DNA from: Synechococcus sp. | GTDB taxonomy: Bacteria; Cyanobacteriota; Cyanobacteriia; Thermostichales; PCC-7336 | DNA: 64,000 nucleotides | Assembly (NCBI GenBank): GCA_051439605.1 | Contig: JBFRWN010000032.1 | Coordinates: forward strand, 96,001 to 160,000 | Reading direction: 5' to 3' | Shown here: piece by piece, positions 31,479-42,469 of the stretch | Layout: each line of letters begins with the position of its first letter | How positions within the stretch are numbered: the first letter of the stretch is position 1 | The notes under the pieces: model-generated | The model's input: the letters and a program-made list of their open reading frames with translations, nothing else | The model's database searches: none | What the model was told of the DNA's origin: nothing | Program-made: the position numbers and the translations under genes

Positions 31479-33089
31479 ATGGCATACGTAAATTCTCTGC
31501 TGGCGATCGCCGAGCCGGAACTATTGGAATCCAGTGCCCGTATAGCAGTGGAAAACGGGATTGAACGGTTTGTATTGGTGTTGACGGTGTCGCTGGCGGT
31601 GGCGACGATTTCAAGATTTAGTAGTTGGTTGCGTCAAGTACCCTACACCTTGCTGTTAGTAGTTGTTGGCTTAGGGCTGGCTTTTTTAGATGTCCGCTTG
31701 ATCGATCTGTCTCCTGAGTTAATTTTGCTCATTTTTTTGCCCCCGCTGCTGTTCGAGGCCGCCTGGAATTTGGAATGGAAACGACTTCAGCAGGATTGGG
31801 TGCCCATTGTCCTCTATGCCATTTTAGGAGTTGCGATCTCGGTGGTGGGGATCGGATACGGCCTCAATCGCTGGGGGGGGCTATCGCTGCCGATTGCTCT
31901 ATTGATTGGGGCTAGCTTATCGGCCACCGACCCAGTATCGGTAATTGCGCTGTTTCGAGAATTAGGGGCTAGCAAGCGGTTGACGTTGCTGATGGAAGGA
32001 GAGAGTTTATTCAATGACGGTGTGGCAGTAGTGGCCTTTGGACTGTTGGTGGGGTTACCGATGGGGGCGATGCCTTCGACTCCTTCCCACACGATCGCCA
32101 ATTTTTTAGTCGTCGTGGGAGTCGGAGTTGGGCTGGGTTGCTTGGTGGGATTTGGAGTGTCTTACCTCACCCAGCAATTTGACCTGCCGTTGGTGGAGCA
32201 ATCCCTGACGCTGGCGGTAGCCTACGGCACCTATTTGTTGGTGGAGGAGTTTGGTGGCTCGGGGGTTATTGGGGTGGTGACCGCCGGGATTATTTTGGGG
32301 AACTTTGGCTCGCGAATTGGCATGAGCCCGCGTACCCGCCTCGTGGTTACGGAATTTTGGGAGTTTTTGGCGTTCTTCGTCAACTCCATCGTGTTTCTGC
32401 TAATTGGGGACCAAATTAGCTTTAGTGGCATTGCCGAGAATGCGGTACCGATCGCGGTGGCGATCGCAGCAGCAACGGTAGCTCGTGCTATCAGCTCCTT
32501 CGGTCTGGGCAGCGTCAGTAACTGGATTGCCCATTCTAAGATTCCTTTGGGCGATCGCACGGTGCTGTGGTGGGGGGGCTTGCGCGGATCGGTGTCGATT
32601 GCGCTGGTGCTCAGCGTACCTACATCATTGCCGGAACGGGACAGCACGATTTCGATCGTGTTTGGGGTGGTGCTGTTCACTCTTTTAGTGCAAGGGCTAA
32701 CCACCAAACCATTACTCGCCTCGCTGAACCTACTGGGTGAGGGGCCACTGCAAGCACAATATACCGAAGTGACTGCCAGACAGGTTGCATTGCGCCGAGT
32801 GCTAGAGCATCTAGAAGAATCTAAGAATCGCGAAGATATTGACCCCGAATATTTCCGCTACCAGCGTAAGCTCGTGGAAGGTCAGCTAAAGGCTCAAGAG
32901 GATGAGCTCGCGCAGCTGCAGCAGAACCATCCACAATTAAGATCCCTTGCCTCTCAACGATTCCAAACTGAATTACTCGATATCGAAGAAGAGACCTATG
33001 CAGAGCTAGTGCGGTCAGGACGCCTCAACGTAGAACTGTCGCCAATCTTGGAATTTGAAGAGGGTGAACCGTCAGCCCATCAAGGATAG
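31479..33089 (+). CDS. Na+/H+ antiporter, CPA1 (NhaP-like)
   Basis: FLPPLLFEAA, SATDPVSV, EGESLFNDG and GGLRG motifs; many TM helices. Confidence 0.93.
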   Translation: MAYVNSLLAIAEPELLESSARIAVENGIERFVLVLTVSLAVATISRFSSWLRQVPYTLLLVVVGLGLAFLDVRLIDLSPELILLIFLPPLLFEAAWNLEWKRLQQDWVPIVLYAILGVAISVVGIGYGLNRWGGLSLPIALLIGASLSATDPVSVIALFRELGASKRLTLLMEGESLFNDGVAVVAFGLLVGLPMGAMPSTPSHTIANFLVVVGVGVGLGCLVGFGVSYLTQQFDLPLVEQSLTLAVAYGTYLLVEEFGGSGVIGVVTAGIILGNFGSRIGMSPRTRLVVTEFWEFLAFFVNSIVFLLIGDQISFSGIAENAVPIAVAIAAATVARAISSFGLGSVSNWIAHSKIPLGDRTVLWWGGLRGSVSIALVLSVPTSLPERDSTISIVFGVVLFTLLVQGLTTKPLLASLNLLGEGPLQAQYTEVTARQVALRRVLEHLEESKNREDIDPEYFRYQRKLVEGQLKAQEDELAQLQQNHPQLRSLASQRFQTELLDIEEETYAELVRSGRLNVELSPILEFEEGEPSAHQG

Positions 33090-33137
33090 AGGGCAAGGAT
33101 GAGTCAGCGAATCGCCCATTCTGGATTGTCAGGCTTG

Positions 33138-34064
33138 CTAATCCAGACCCCGTCCCGTTAACTTCATGAAGATATCTTCCAGGTTAGCGGGGCGCACCAT
33201 CAGGCCGGTTTTATCCGTTTGGCCATCCATATATGCCGTAGCTTCTTCAATGTTGGCAAAGAAATGATGCTGGGTGGCTTCTACTTCAGATGAGGCAATT
33301 CCCCCTACTACCCTACGCTCAACCATCACTTCTCCATACTGCTGCAGCAACTCAGCTGGGGTCCCGGTGACGATCAGTCGCCCGCCATCCATAATGCCGA
33401 TACGATCGCAAAGACTTTCCGCTTCCTCCATGTAGTGGGTGGTGAGCAGAATGGTCATGCCCTGAGCGTTGAGATTGCGGATGATATCCCACAGTAGGCG
33501 ACGGGCTTGGGGATCCAACCCCACGGTGGGCTCATCCAGAAATAAAACCTGTGGGTTGTGCAGCAGGGCACGGGCAATTTGCAAGCGACGTTTCATCCCC
33601 CCTGATAGGGTTTTCACCAAATCGTCCCGGCGCTCGGAAAGTTCCACATAGCCCAACCAGCGATCGATCCGTTCCGCCCGCTCCGCCTTCGCAATGTGAT
33701 GCAAGCGCCCGTGAAATTCGAGGTTCTCCCAGACCGTGCGATCGCTATTCAGGCTGGTTTGCTGCACTACTACCCCAATGGTTTCTCGCACCTGCAGCTG
33801 TTGCTTAACCACATCCAATCCTAAAATTAGCGCTTCCCCCTGGCTCGGCTTAGTGAGGGTGGTCAGCATTCTGACGGTGGTAGATTTTCCAGCCCCATTG
33901 GGTCCCAGCAAGCCAAACATCTCTCCGGTTCGAATGGTCAAATTTAACTCTTGCACCACTGGGCGATTGCCGAATCGCTTCCATATATGCGTAAGGACGA
34001 CAGCAGGGGGAACTCCGGCCTGTGAGGCGGGCACCGAGGGCAAATACGGCAAAGCGACTGACAC
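33138..34064 (-). CDS. ABC-2 type transporter ATP-binding protein
   Basis: GPNGAGKST, LSGGMKRR, FLDEPT and TTHYMEEAE motifs; start uncertain (ORF open to 34181). Confidence 0.92.
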   Translation of the reverse strand: MSVALPYLPSVPASQAGVPPAVVLTHIWKRFGNRPVVQELNLTIRTGEMFGLLGPNGAGKSTTVRMLTTLTKPSQGEALILGLDVVKQQLQVRETIGVVVQQTSLNSDRTVWENLEFHGRLHHIAKAERAERIDRWLGYVELSERRDDLVKTLSGGMKRRLQIARALLHNPQVLFLDEPTVGLDPQARRLLWDIIRNLNAQGMTILLTTHYMEEAESLCDRIGIMDGGRLIVTGTPAELLQQYGEVMVERRVVGGIASSEVEATQHHFFANIEEATAYMDGQTDKTGLMVRPANLEDIFMKLTGRGLD

Positions 34065-34207
34065 GGGTATACTTGAACGCTTCTGCAGGCTCGACCTGGC
34101 GTAGCAAGCTCGGGGCCAAAGTCCACGTTCGACTAACTTAAACCAATTTGGGAGACGGTCGCACGTCCAACCACTGGCCACTGGGAACCCCAGGCAATCA
34201 GCGACCC

Positions 34208-34732
34208 CTAACCCTCTTCACTCTCTTCAAGTTCTTCGGTTCTCCCATCCAGCGATAGAGCTAGCTGAGTATCGCTGAAATCCTCCAGCTCGTAATATTG
34301 ATGAAACTTATCGGTGACCTTTAGCACTGAAGATCGGCTGGCGGCTTGGCGGTGCTTGCTAATAAATCCTTTACGAACCAGCTCAACGACATGTTGGTAG
34401 GCTCCGCCGCCCCGTAATTCCACAAGCTCCGATTGCAGTAGCGGTCCGCGCAGGGCGATCGCCGCTAGAGTGCGGGTGGCGGCTAGACCAATCTCTGGAG
34501 GCAAAATCTCGGAGGCCATGCTGGAAAATGGCTCACGCAACTGTAGGGCAAACCCGTTTTCTACCTCTAGCACCTCCAAGGCAGAGTCTCGATGGGCATA
34601 ATCCTCCATCAACTCCAGCAAAGCATCGTAGGCATCTTCGCGATCGCATCCCGCCATGTCCGATATTTCCGTCAATGTCAACGGACGTCCTTTGAGGTAG
34701 AGAATTGCCTCAATCTGGTTTTTGATTGCCAT
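34208..34732 (-). CDS. scpB: SMC-Scp complex subunit ScpB
   Basis: IEAILYLKG, TLAAIA, ELRG and VTDKF motifs. Confidence 0.93.
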   Translation of the reverse strand: MAIKNQIEAILYLKGRPLTLTEISDMAGCDREDAYDALLELMEDYAHRDSALEVLEVENGFALQLREPFSSMASEILPPEIGLAATRTLAAIALRGPLLQSELVELRGGGAYQHVVELVRKGFISKHRQAASRSSVLKVTDKFHQYYELEDFSDTQLALSLDGRTEELEESEEG

Positions 34733-35520
34733 TGCACTCGTCGGCCTCGATCCGGTCCCTGACTACCTTGCGACTTCAATGTTCAAGATGTTATTGCCCC
34801 GCACTCACCAACAGCATTTTGGCTGAGCCCGAAGTTCAAACGTTTCAACAACTAGCGAGTCTCAACCATTAGTGAATCCAACGGTTGGGCAATCCTGAAA
34901 ATCGCAAGTTCAATAATTTACCCTTTGCACTCCCTGATGAAATATCCTGATTAGCCGTAACAAACAACTTTACTGGCAATTCCAAGTCAAAACATAGCCA
35001 CAAAGTAGCGAACAGGACAAACCCATTGACTAAAGTTTGAACTTATCGGTCGTCGCTTACAAAGCATGAGGCCTCGAATAAAAAATAGAGCGCTTGAAAA
35101 ACGGATCGATCTGCGATCCTCATTGAATTCATATCGCTAAACAGATTTCAACCTTGCCCTCCATCCAGTTGCCTTGTGCAACACATGCGGAACTCTTGGC
35201 ATCATCCACAATGCAGCAGCGCTAAGCTGCAATAGCATTTCAGACAATCAATCGAGGAAATACCGGGCAGAGGAAAATTACGACTGGTAAATAACCACTG
35301 ATATATATAAGCTGCAAAATATTTAACCAGCGTCCCTTGCGTCATTTTGACGGGCACTTTTGCTGGCTCAACATCGACTACTGCCTCAAGAAGTTGATGA
35401 TACTTCACAAGTTACCTGTGTTTTTTCAGTAGTTGTTTAAATCCTGATGAAATTTTGTCCATTTCATAGCTGCTGGCTATATGGATATATCAAAGAACAC
35501 CAGGAAACGGGGGCTTATTT

Positions 35521-35534
35521 GTATCGCTAGTTAC
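35521..35534. promoter_or_regulatory. Putative NtcA box in the scpB/ftn2 divergent region
   Basis: t-GTA-TCGCTAGT-TAC-a matches GTA-N8-TAC. Confidence 0.4.
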
Positions 35535-35747
35535 AATTACAATTGCCCGTTATGTTGATTCACAACTTGCCAACGACGGTCACTAGCAAAAACCGGAGAA
35601 CAACTGGAGGGTTAAAAGTGGAAAATTACGCTATGAGGCACTGAGTTCTTCTTTCAAGAATTTTGACATTCATTGTTATGTTACGAATTCTTTGCAATTC
35701 CACCGACATTCATCATTTTACCGACCTATGGCTGTGAGGTCCGAGCC

Positions 35748-37943
35748 GTGCGGGTACCCCTGGATTACTATCAAATCCTGATGTTGAGCATCCATGCAGA
35801 CAGCGAGGGTGTTGAGCGAGCCTACCACTCTCGCCAACTGCAGGAGCTGTGGCCTGGGTACTCAGCGGAGACGATTACGTCCAGGCAACGATTGATGGAG
35901 CAAGCCCATCACGTATTGAGCGATCCTTATGCTCGACACGAATACGACAGCCAACTCACCGTTGCTGACCCAGTACTGGAGGTTGCTCCTCAGGATTTGG
36001 CAGCAGCATTGGCTATTCAGTGTGAAAACGGCGAGTACCAAGAAGCCCTTGCGGGCGCCCAATTAGCCTTACGGCAAACCCACCCTGCCCCTGACTTACT
36101 GCTGACTCAGGCGATCGCCCGGCTGCATTTAGGGCGAGAGGAGTGGGCGAACGGCGATTACGAAGCTGCCGCTAGCATGCTGCAGCAGGCGCTGGCCGAA
36201 CTTGTTAACCACCGCGTATTTTCAGAGGTACAGGCCGAGGTGATATCAGATCTAAGTAAACTGCGACCCTACCGCATTCTCAAGCTGTTGAGCCACCCCA
36301 ACATTTCTGCCCCAGAGCGGCAGGAAGGGTTTTCGTTGTTACGCAGCATGCTAGACGACAGAGCAGGTATCGAAGGGACGGGCCAAGATGGTTCGGAACT
36401 CAGTACTGAGGACTTTCTGCGATTTGTGCAAAAAGCCCGCAGTCAAATGACGATTAGCGAGCAGCAGGATTTTTTCGAGGCAGAAGCGAAGCGACCCTCT
36501 GTTGTGGCCACTTATCTGGCGGTTTATGCCCTTATTGCCCGTGGCTACGTCGAAAATCGCCCAGCATTAATCCGTCGGGCACGCGGATATTTGGTCCGAT
36601 TGACACAACGTCACGACGTGAACCTCGAACAATCGATATGTGCTTTATTCCTGGGGCAACCGGAGGAGGCAACTCGACTCCTCGAATGTAGCCAAGATAG
36701 CGAGACCATCGCTAGCATCCGCAAAGAAGCGTCTATCACTGGTGGCGGTGAAACCGACCTGCTATTGGGGTTATGTCGCTACATCGAAACCTGGCTTCAA
36801 CAGGAAGTCTTTCCCGAATATCGAGATCTAGATACCAGTAACGCCTCCCTGCGTAACTACTTCGATAACCCTCAAGTTCAGCAGTACTTAGATGAAATGC
36901 CGGCCTCCAGTTCAGATACGGAATGGTTTGCCCGACAAATTGAGCATGTTGCCCTGCCTAACGCTTTGGCGGTGCCAACAAGCGACCGCGTAGCAACTTC
37001 CCCCCATCCTGCGATCGGCCAGAAGCTATCATCGGCAGGAAGCCTTGGGGAAACCTCAGAGCTATCTTCTATTCCGCTCAGGTCTAGAGTCCCACAAAGC
37101 TCCCCCGCCACAAACAACTCCGATGTTCCGGCACCGCCCCCACTCCCCTATCGCGCCTATCCCCCCAGTAACCCATCTCTCGATAATGGCAATGGTGCGT
37201 CTAATCTGCCAGGCTCAAAAAATCCCTATCCCCCTGAGAACCGCTCGCTGTCAAGCTCGTCAGCAGCATCAATGGCGCCCGATAGAAATCTTGCCCCCTC
37301 CAGCGGCTACGAATATGGTGATTTCCCCAATCCGGATCGCAGGCATTATGGTGACGATCGCCTATCCATATGGCTGTGGCGGTTGGGGGCACTGGTCGTT
37401 GTTATCCTTCTGTTGGTTTTCGGAATTCGTGCCCTTTCCGGTCTGTTCCGCAGAGAGCCAGAAGAGCCAGAGGCGCAGGAACAGGTTGAGCCAGAAACGC
37501 TTCCAGCCGATATTCCCGAAGCAGTGGTTCTGCCAGAACCGGCAATCGACATCAGCGTGTTGACCCCAGAGTTAGCAAAAACGACGATCGAATCTTGGCA
37601 GACCAGCAAGCAAAGTGCGTTGGGGGCCACAAGGGATATCGAGTCTCTCAACGGGATTCTCGTGGAACCGATGCTTTCTCAGTGGCGCGGAAGAGCCGAG
37701 GCACTGCGGCAAGCCAATGCCCATTACGAGTACACTCTGCGCGGTGTCGAAGTGGAGGATGTTACTCAAGAGGACGGTGCTGAAAAAGGGAGCGTCATAG
37801 TGAGCATCAGCGAAGGAGCCAAATACTTTGTAAATGGCGCTCTCCAAGGAGCACCAGCATCCTATGACAGTACCTATCGCGTGCGTTATAACCTGGTTCG
37901 AACTGGTGATAGCTGGGCAGTTGAGAGCTATACGGCGCTGTAA
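35748..37943 (+). CDS. ftn2: Cell division protein Ftn2/ZipN (ARC6 homologue)
   Basis: VRVPLDYYQIL J-like N-terminus, LRPYRILKLL, TM helix, C-terminal IMS (DUF4101) domain YRVRYNL; GAGG RBS. Confidence 0.93.
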   Translation: MRVPLDYYQILMLSIHADSEGVERAYHSRQLQELWPGYSAETITSRQRLMEQAHHVLSDPYARHEYDSQLTVADPVLEVAPQDLAAALAIQCENGEYQEALAGAQLALRQTHPAPDLLLTQAIARLHLGREEWANGDYEAAASMLQQALAELVNHRVFSEVQAEVISDLSKLRPYRILKLLSHPNISAPERQEGFSLLRSMLDDRAGIEGTGQDGSELSTEDFLRFVQKARSQMTISEQQDFFEAEAKRPSVVATYLAVYALIARGYVENRPALIRRARGYLVRLTQRHDVNLEQSICALFLGQPEEATRLLECSQDSETIASIRKEASITGGGETDLLLGLCRYIETWLQQEVFPEYRDLDTSNASLRNYFDNPQVQQYLDEMPASSSDTEWFARQIEHVALPNALAVPTSDRVATSPHPAIGQKLSSAGSLGETSELSSIPLRSRVPQSSPATNNSDVPAPPPLPYRAYPPSNPSLDNGNGASNLPGSKNPYPPENRSLSSSSAASMAPDRNLAPSSGYEYGDFPNPDRRHYGDDRLSIWLWRLGALVVVILLLVFGIRALSGLFRREPEEPEAQEQVEPETLPADIPEAVVLPEPAIDISVLTPELAKTTIESWQTSKQSALGATRDIESLNGILVEPMLSQWRGRAEALRQANAHYEYTLRGVEVEDVTQEDGAEKGSVIVSISEGAKYFVNGALQGAPASYDSTYRVRYNLVRTGDSWAVESYTAL

Positions 37944-38229
37944 TTCTTAGCGACAGGGAAAGCTTTTTGCCATTAGATAAGTGCCCAAGCGTCGCCTCAT
38001 CATTGATAGCTTTCTCCCCCTCAGTGAGGGCAGAAATATCAATGACTATTATAGGTTCTGGATAGCCGAGCTGTCTTTAGCGACTGGACGGACGCTGTTT
38101 GATAGAACCATTTAGCATAAGCTCGACAGTATGCTGTGTTCAGTGAGACTGGCCAGAAGCAGGCTGATAGTTCGGCATGAATGCTGATAGCGCGATCCTG
38201 TTTGTCCTGGGCTATTTTGTTGAGTCACT

Positions 38230-39243
38230 ATGGTCGACCTTCTCCGTAACGTCCCCCTGGGAACCTATCTGGAATCCCCCGAAACCTGGCTACATCGCCT
38301 GGATCCCCGGGTGAAATTTATTTGGCTGGTCACTATTTTGGTTTCTCCAATTTTGGCCAATGGCTGGTGGCGTCTGGCAGTGGTCGCCTTTACGGTGATT
38401 CTCACTTGGACTGCCCCACTCCCCTGGCGCGTTTGGCGACGACAGCTGCTGCTGGTGGCGGCATTGGCATTATTTGCCACTACGCTCACAGCCTTTGCCC
38501 CCGATGCACTGGGTGTCCGTTCTGTCCCTATTCGACCAGACAACCAATTACCAGCCTACGGTTTGCTATCGACGGAGGGCACCGATGGAGATCGCTCAAA
38601 CGTAGTTGCTATCGACGAGGATGTCCTCGATCCTGCAGCAACAAATGTAGCGGATGACCTGTCGATGTTTGACTGGGATAGCCTTACGTCACCCACAGGT
38701 TATCGCTACGAACTGCTCACAACCCCCTCTATTTTGGGGCGCAAATTTCAGGTGACGCGTCGTTCCTTATCAGTGGCAGTGCGCTTGGGTACGTTAATTT
38801 TTACTCTCCTCTACAGCACCACTTTGTTCCTGCTGACAACAGCCCCAGAAGAAATTGCAGAGACGATCGCTTATTTCGCCAGCCCGTTACGCTGGGCCAA
38901 AGTGCCGGTGACTGAGGTGGTACTGGCGTTAACCCTGTCTCTTCGCTTTCTGCCCCTAGTGCTTGAGGAGGTGCAAAATATCATTCGAGCTGTCAATACG
39001 CGGGATATTCACTGGCAAGCCTTGGGATTTAAGGGGGCAGCCAAGCTGGGTCTGTCTCTGGTAGAACGAATTCTGCAGAATTTGATGCTGCGGGCGGAGC
39101 AGACGGCATCGGCAATGCAGGTGCGAGGGTATATCGGTCCAGAGCATGCTGTACCGTGGCATGTCTTAAAGATGTCCGGACTGGACTGGCTGGTGCTCGT
39201 AGGAGTGCCGCTTTTTTGGGCCTGTAGATTTGTGTTGTTTTAA
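38230..39243 (+). CDS. ECF transporter transmembrane component (CbiQ/EcfT, Ycf92-like)
   Basis: LHRLDPRVK, LTTAPEEI, LRFLPLVLEEVQ and AMQVRG motifs. Confidence 0.9.
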   Translation: MVDLLRNVPLGTYLESPETWLHRLDPRVKFIWLVTILVSPILANGWWRLAVVAFTVILTWTAPLPWRVWRRQLLLVAALALFATTLTAFAPDALGVRSVPIRPDNQLPAYGLLSTEGTDGDRSNVVAIDEDVLDPAATNVADDLSMFDWDSLTSPTGYRYELLTTPSILGRKFQVTRRSLSVAVRLGTLIFTLLYSTTLFLLTTAPEEIAETIAYFASPLRWAKVPVTEVVLALTLSLRFLPLVLEEVQNIIRAVNTRDIHWQALGFKGAAKLGLSLVERILQNLMLRAEQTASAMQVRGYIGPEHAVPWHVLKMSGLDWLVLVGVPLFWACRFVLF

Positions 39244-39246
39244 AGC

Positions 39247-40290
39247 TTAGTCAGGAGGCTGGGTCGCTGAGATGTCTTCAGCGATTTGAGGGTTTCTATT
39301 GCCGTAGTAGCTACGGTACCACTTCACAAAGCGATCGATCCCCGCCTGAAGCGGCGTAGCGGGACGAAAGCCAACATCGGCCATCAGGTCATTGACATCA
39401 GCATAAGTTGCCAGAACATCTCCTGGCTGCACGGGCATCATGTTCTTGTGGGCCGTTTTGCCCAGCGCCCGTTCGATCGCCGCGATGAAATCCCCCAGTT
39501 CAACCGGCTGATTGTTACCGATGTTGTAAATCTTGTAGCGCGCTCGAGTGGGCAATCCTCCTGCCAAGACTGGGGTTGGCGGGGGGAGCCGTTGCATCAC
39601 CCGCACGATCCCTTCAACCACATCGTCGATGTAGGTGAAATCCCGTTTCATCTTGCCGTAGTTGTAAACGTCGATCGCCTCCCCAGCTTCAATCGCCTTC
39701 ACAAACTTGAAATAGGCCATATCGGGGCGGCCCCATGGACCGTACACCGTGAAAAATCTCAGACCAGTAACGGGAATACCGTACAGGTGGCTGTAGCTAT
39801 GGGCCATCAGTTCGTTCGCTTTCTTGCTCGCCGCATACAGAGATACGGGGCGATCGACCGAGTCGCTGGTGGAAAACGGAATCTTGGTATTCCCCCCATA
39901 GACAGAACTGGAGGAGGCAAAGACTAGATGACTGACTGTGCCCTGACGACACCCTTCCAAAATATTGGCGAACCCAACAAAATTACTATCCACGTAGGCC
40001 GCAGGATTTTCCAGGGAATATCGCACTCCAGCTTGGGCCGCCAAGTTCACGACCACATCAAACGAGTGGGCTTGAAACAGTGCCTCTACTCCAGGTCGAT
40101 CGCTGAGATCCAACCGCTGAAATTGGAACGAAGAAAACCGGGTTAATTCATCCAGACGAGCTTGTTTGAGGGATAGGTCGTAGTAAGCGTTCAGGTTATC
40201 GATGCCTAGTACCTGATGACCGTCTGTCAGCAAGCGGTGGCTGAGGTGATACCCAATAAAACCAGCAGCACCTGTGATGAGTACCTTCAC
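39247..40290 (-). CDS. NAD-dependent epimerase (UDP-glucuronate 4-epimerase type)
   Basis: TGAAGFIG, LAAQAGVRYS, YAASKK and RFFTVYGPWGRPDMA motifs. Confidence 0.93.
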   Translation of the reverse strand: MKVLITGAAGFIGYHLSHRLLTDGHQVLGIDNLNAYYDLSLKQARLDELTRFSSFQFQRLDLSDRPGVEALFQAHSFDVVVNLAAQAGVRYSLENPAAYVDSNFVGFANILEGCRQGTVSHLVFASSSSVYGGNTKIPFSTSDSVDRPVSLYAASKKANELMAHSYSHLYGIPVTGLRFFTVYGPWGRPDMAYFKFVKAIEAGEAIDVYNYGKMKRDFTYIDDVVEGIVRVMQRLPPPTPVLAGGLPTRARYKIYNIGNNQPVELGDFIAAIERALGKTAHKNMMPVQPGDVLATYADVNDLMADVGFRPATPLQAGIDRFVKWYRSYYGNRNPQIAEDISATQPPD

Positions 40291-40480
40291 GTTCCTTTGC
40301 CTTCACCTTTGCCAATCAATGCAATCTTCCCTTGAGCCCCACTGCCTAATTTAATGCTTAGCCAGCAGCCTTTGATTATAGAGGATAGGTGCATGCCACC
40401 TCCTCTCCATTTCTTAGTGGCAACGTCACTTCCACAACACCCAAGGGCATCGCAAGTCGGCGAAGCATAGGACAAGCGGT

Positions 40481-42115
40481 TTAGGGCAAATCCTCTCCGA
40501 CGCCATTCCCCGCTTTGCGGTCACGATCGGAATCGGGCTCCATCCAGGCATAAACAAAGTGGCTGATGCATTCCAAGCTAGGCAGACTATCTTCCAGCAG
40601 AGTCATTTGAGTTTCTAACGCCAGATGACCGGCGAAGGGTTGTCCCCAAGTGCCCGCCAGAATAGGGCAGACCTGCGATTGTGACGATTGCAGCACCACC
40701 TCCTCCACCTGTTGGGTTACGCATACGCCATCGGGACATGTGGCATACGACATGGGATGTCGCTGTAAATCTTGGGGAAATCGATCCCAAGGCTGCATGC
40801 GGGCATCGAATGCACCGTCTTGGGATAAATTGCCCTGGGGAAAAAAGACGGTTGCCACCGGCAGATTCCGCTCGCGCACAGGGGATGCCGCAAATTCGGC
40901 AAACTCAATCACCCCCCGGTAGGCATGATTGGTGGCTAGCTGCCAGAAGTATTGGCGGTATTGTTCCAACGTTTCTTCAGTGAAATCATCAGGACTGACC
41001 GAGGTCAAATGAGAGGTTTCTGGCTTGAGAGTTTCGGGATGCCGGTTCGAGGTATGGACCCCCGAAGTCGTAATTTTTAGCTCGAAGGGGAGTGGGCTAT
41101 TGGGATAGTCGTCAATGGTTTGCTGAATCTGTTCTCGGCTGAGTTCGCCACTGTCGAGGTAAGCATTCATCAGAGTGCGTTCGCGATCGTTGGCAAGACT
41201 CTCTAACAGCGCCTGGCGGGAGGCAGGACTGTAAACCCACAACTGCTGGGGCTGCGTAATCAAAGTGTCCTGAAGATAGACCGTTGGATAGCGGATGTAA
41301 TCGAACAACATGCCATCGGGATTGCGAGCTAGCAAAGCATCTAGGGCAACCGCAAAATCTGCGCGAGCAACTTCGCTGAAGGGATCGACAAACAAGTGTT
41401 CTAATTCGGAGGGATCTTCGTAAAACGCCCGCCCATCCGCTACCTCTGAGGGGTCCCAAGTAGCGTTGGCAATGCTAGTGTCTCCCAGCCCGTTGCGCGC
41501 CAGTGTCATTTGGCGATTGGGCACTTCTCCATAGGCCCAGCCAAAGTTAAGAGCGAACATCCAGCCATGGACTTCTACCCCTCGCTCCTGCCCCCGACGA
41601 ATTGTTTCCGCCCACAGGTCGAAATCGGCACTCACTTCCCCCGCTGCTACCGATTCATGCAGTATTGAGCGCCATACCGTAGGGTTATCCGAGACGGGCA
41701 ACATCACCCGTCCTTCGTAAAAGACCTCCACAAACACTTGGTTATAGCCCCGGTTAACAATGCGATCGAGCACGTCTTCTAGTACCCCAGGCTGGGCATC
41801 GTAGGGGTACAGCCGCAACCACACGGCCTGTCTCTGAGGCCAGGTTCGGGATCGACAATCGTTTAACCGAGCTGCATGGGCATCGACCATTGCCCTATAA
41901 GCGATTTTTGCCGCAGGGTCATCTAAACTTGCTTGCCACAGGACTGACTTTTCGAGCCGTTCTGCCTCCGGAACAGCACAGGTGGGGACTCCCCAGCGGC
42001 GTTCAGGTAGCCCATCTGCAGTAGCTCCCGATAGGCCGCAGACAACCAAAATAGATAGGACAATCCCACCCACAACGTTCTGAGTCCGCAAAACCCTCAT
42101 TCCTTTCCTCCCCAC
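40481..42115 (-). CDS. Glycoside hydrolase family 10-like (GHL10) exported protein
   Basis: AVWLRLYP, LDRIVNRGYNQVFVEVF, FDYIRYP and SHFVYAW motifs; start may be ATG 42100. Confidence 0.8.
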   Translation of the reverse strand: MGRKGMRVLRTQNVVGGIVLSILVVCGLSGATADGLPERRWGVPTCAVPEAERLEKSVLWQASLDDPAAKIAYRAMVDAHAARLNDCRSRTWPQRQAVWLRLYPYDAQPGVLEDVLDRIVNRGYNQVFVEVFYEGRVMLPVSDNPTVWRSILHESVAAGEVSADFDLWAETIRRGQERGVEVHGWMFALNFGWAYGEVPNRQMTLARNGLGDTSIANATWDPSEVADGRAFYEDPSELEHLFVDPFSEVARADFAVALDALLARNPDGMLFDYIRYPTVYLQDTLITQPQQLWVYSPASRQALLESLANDRERTLMNAYLDSGELSREQIQQTIDDYPNSPLPFELKITTSGVHTSNRHPETLKPETSHLTSVSPDDFTEETLEQYRQYFWQLATNHAYRGVIEFAEFAASPVRERNLPVATVFFPQGNLSQDGAFDARMQPWDRFPQDLQRHPMSYATCPDGVCVTQQVEEVVLQSSQSQVCPILAGTWGQPFAGHLALETQMTLLEDSLPSLECISHFVYAWMEPDSDRDRKAGNGVGEDLP

Positions 42116-42388
42116 AGTGATTACATTAGGTTGTCGCCATTAAAACCGCAGTCCCCGAGAGTGTCGCCCCTTTCACGGTTTCCCTGACGCAACGCGCACT
42201 TGCGACAGTTCACAACAGACCCATTTTTGGAGGTAGCCCAGCGGAGCGGAGCTCCCAATCGCCTAGTCACTGAGGGCTCCTCAGAAATAGTGGCCTCTGC
42301 CTGGATATAGAGCCTGCCGTTCCAACTGAGATAGGAACTGCAATATTTGTAACGGGATGCGCGAATGCAAGCCCTTCGCTCAACATCC

Positions 42389-42425
42389 AAAAAAGAAAGG
42401 AGCCGGATTGTAACGGCTCCTTTCT
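42389..42425 (-). terminator. Intrinsic terminator of the AbrB gene
   Basis: Stem AGAAAGGAGCCG/CGGCTCCTTTCT with an adjacent A tract (U tract on the minus strand). Confidence 0.8.
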
Positions 42426-42469
42426 AGAAACTCAGTGAATTCTCACCAATCGAATCGACAGATTAGGCA

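Noticed and set aside
34745..34770. TCCGGTCCCTGAC resembling the reverse complement of the SRP RNA core
   Set aside because: Lacks the GGAAG..AGCAG continuation and the long hairpin
42121..42390. GC-rich intergenic stretch considered as a riboswitch (cobalamin, c-di-GMP-I, glutamine) or 6S RNA
   Set aside because: Only fragmentary resemblance; the core consensus elements were not found by eye. An Infernal scan would settle it
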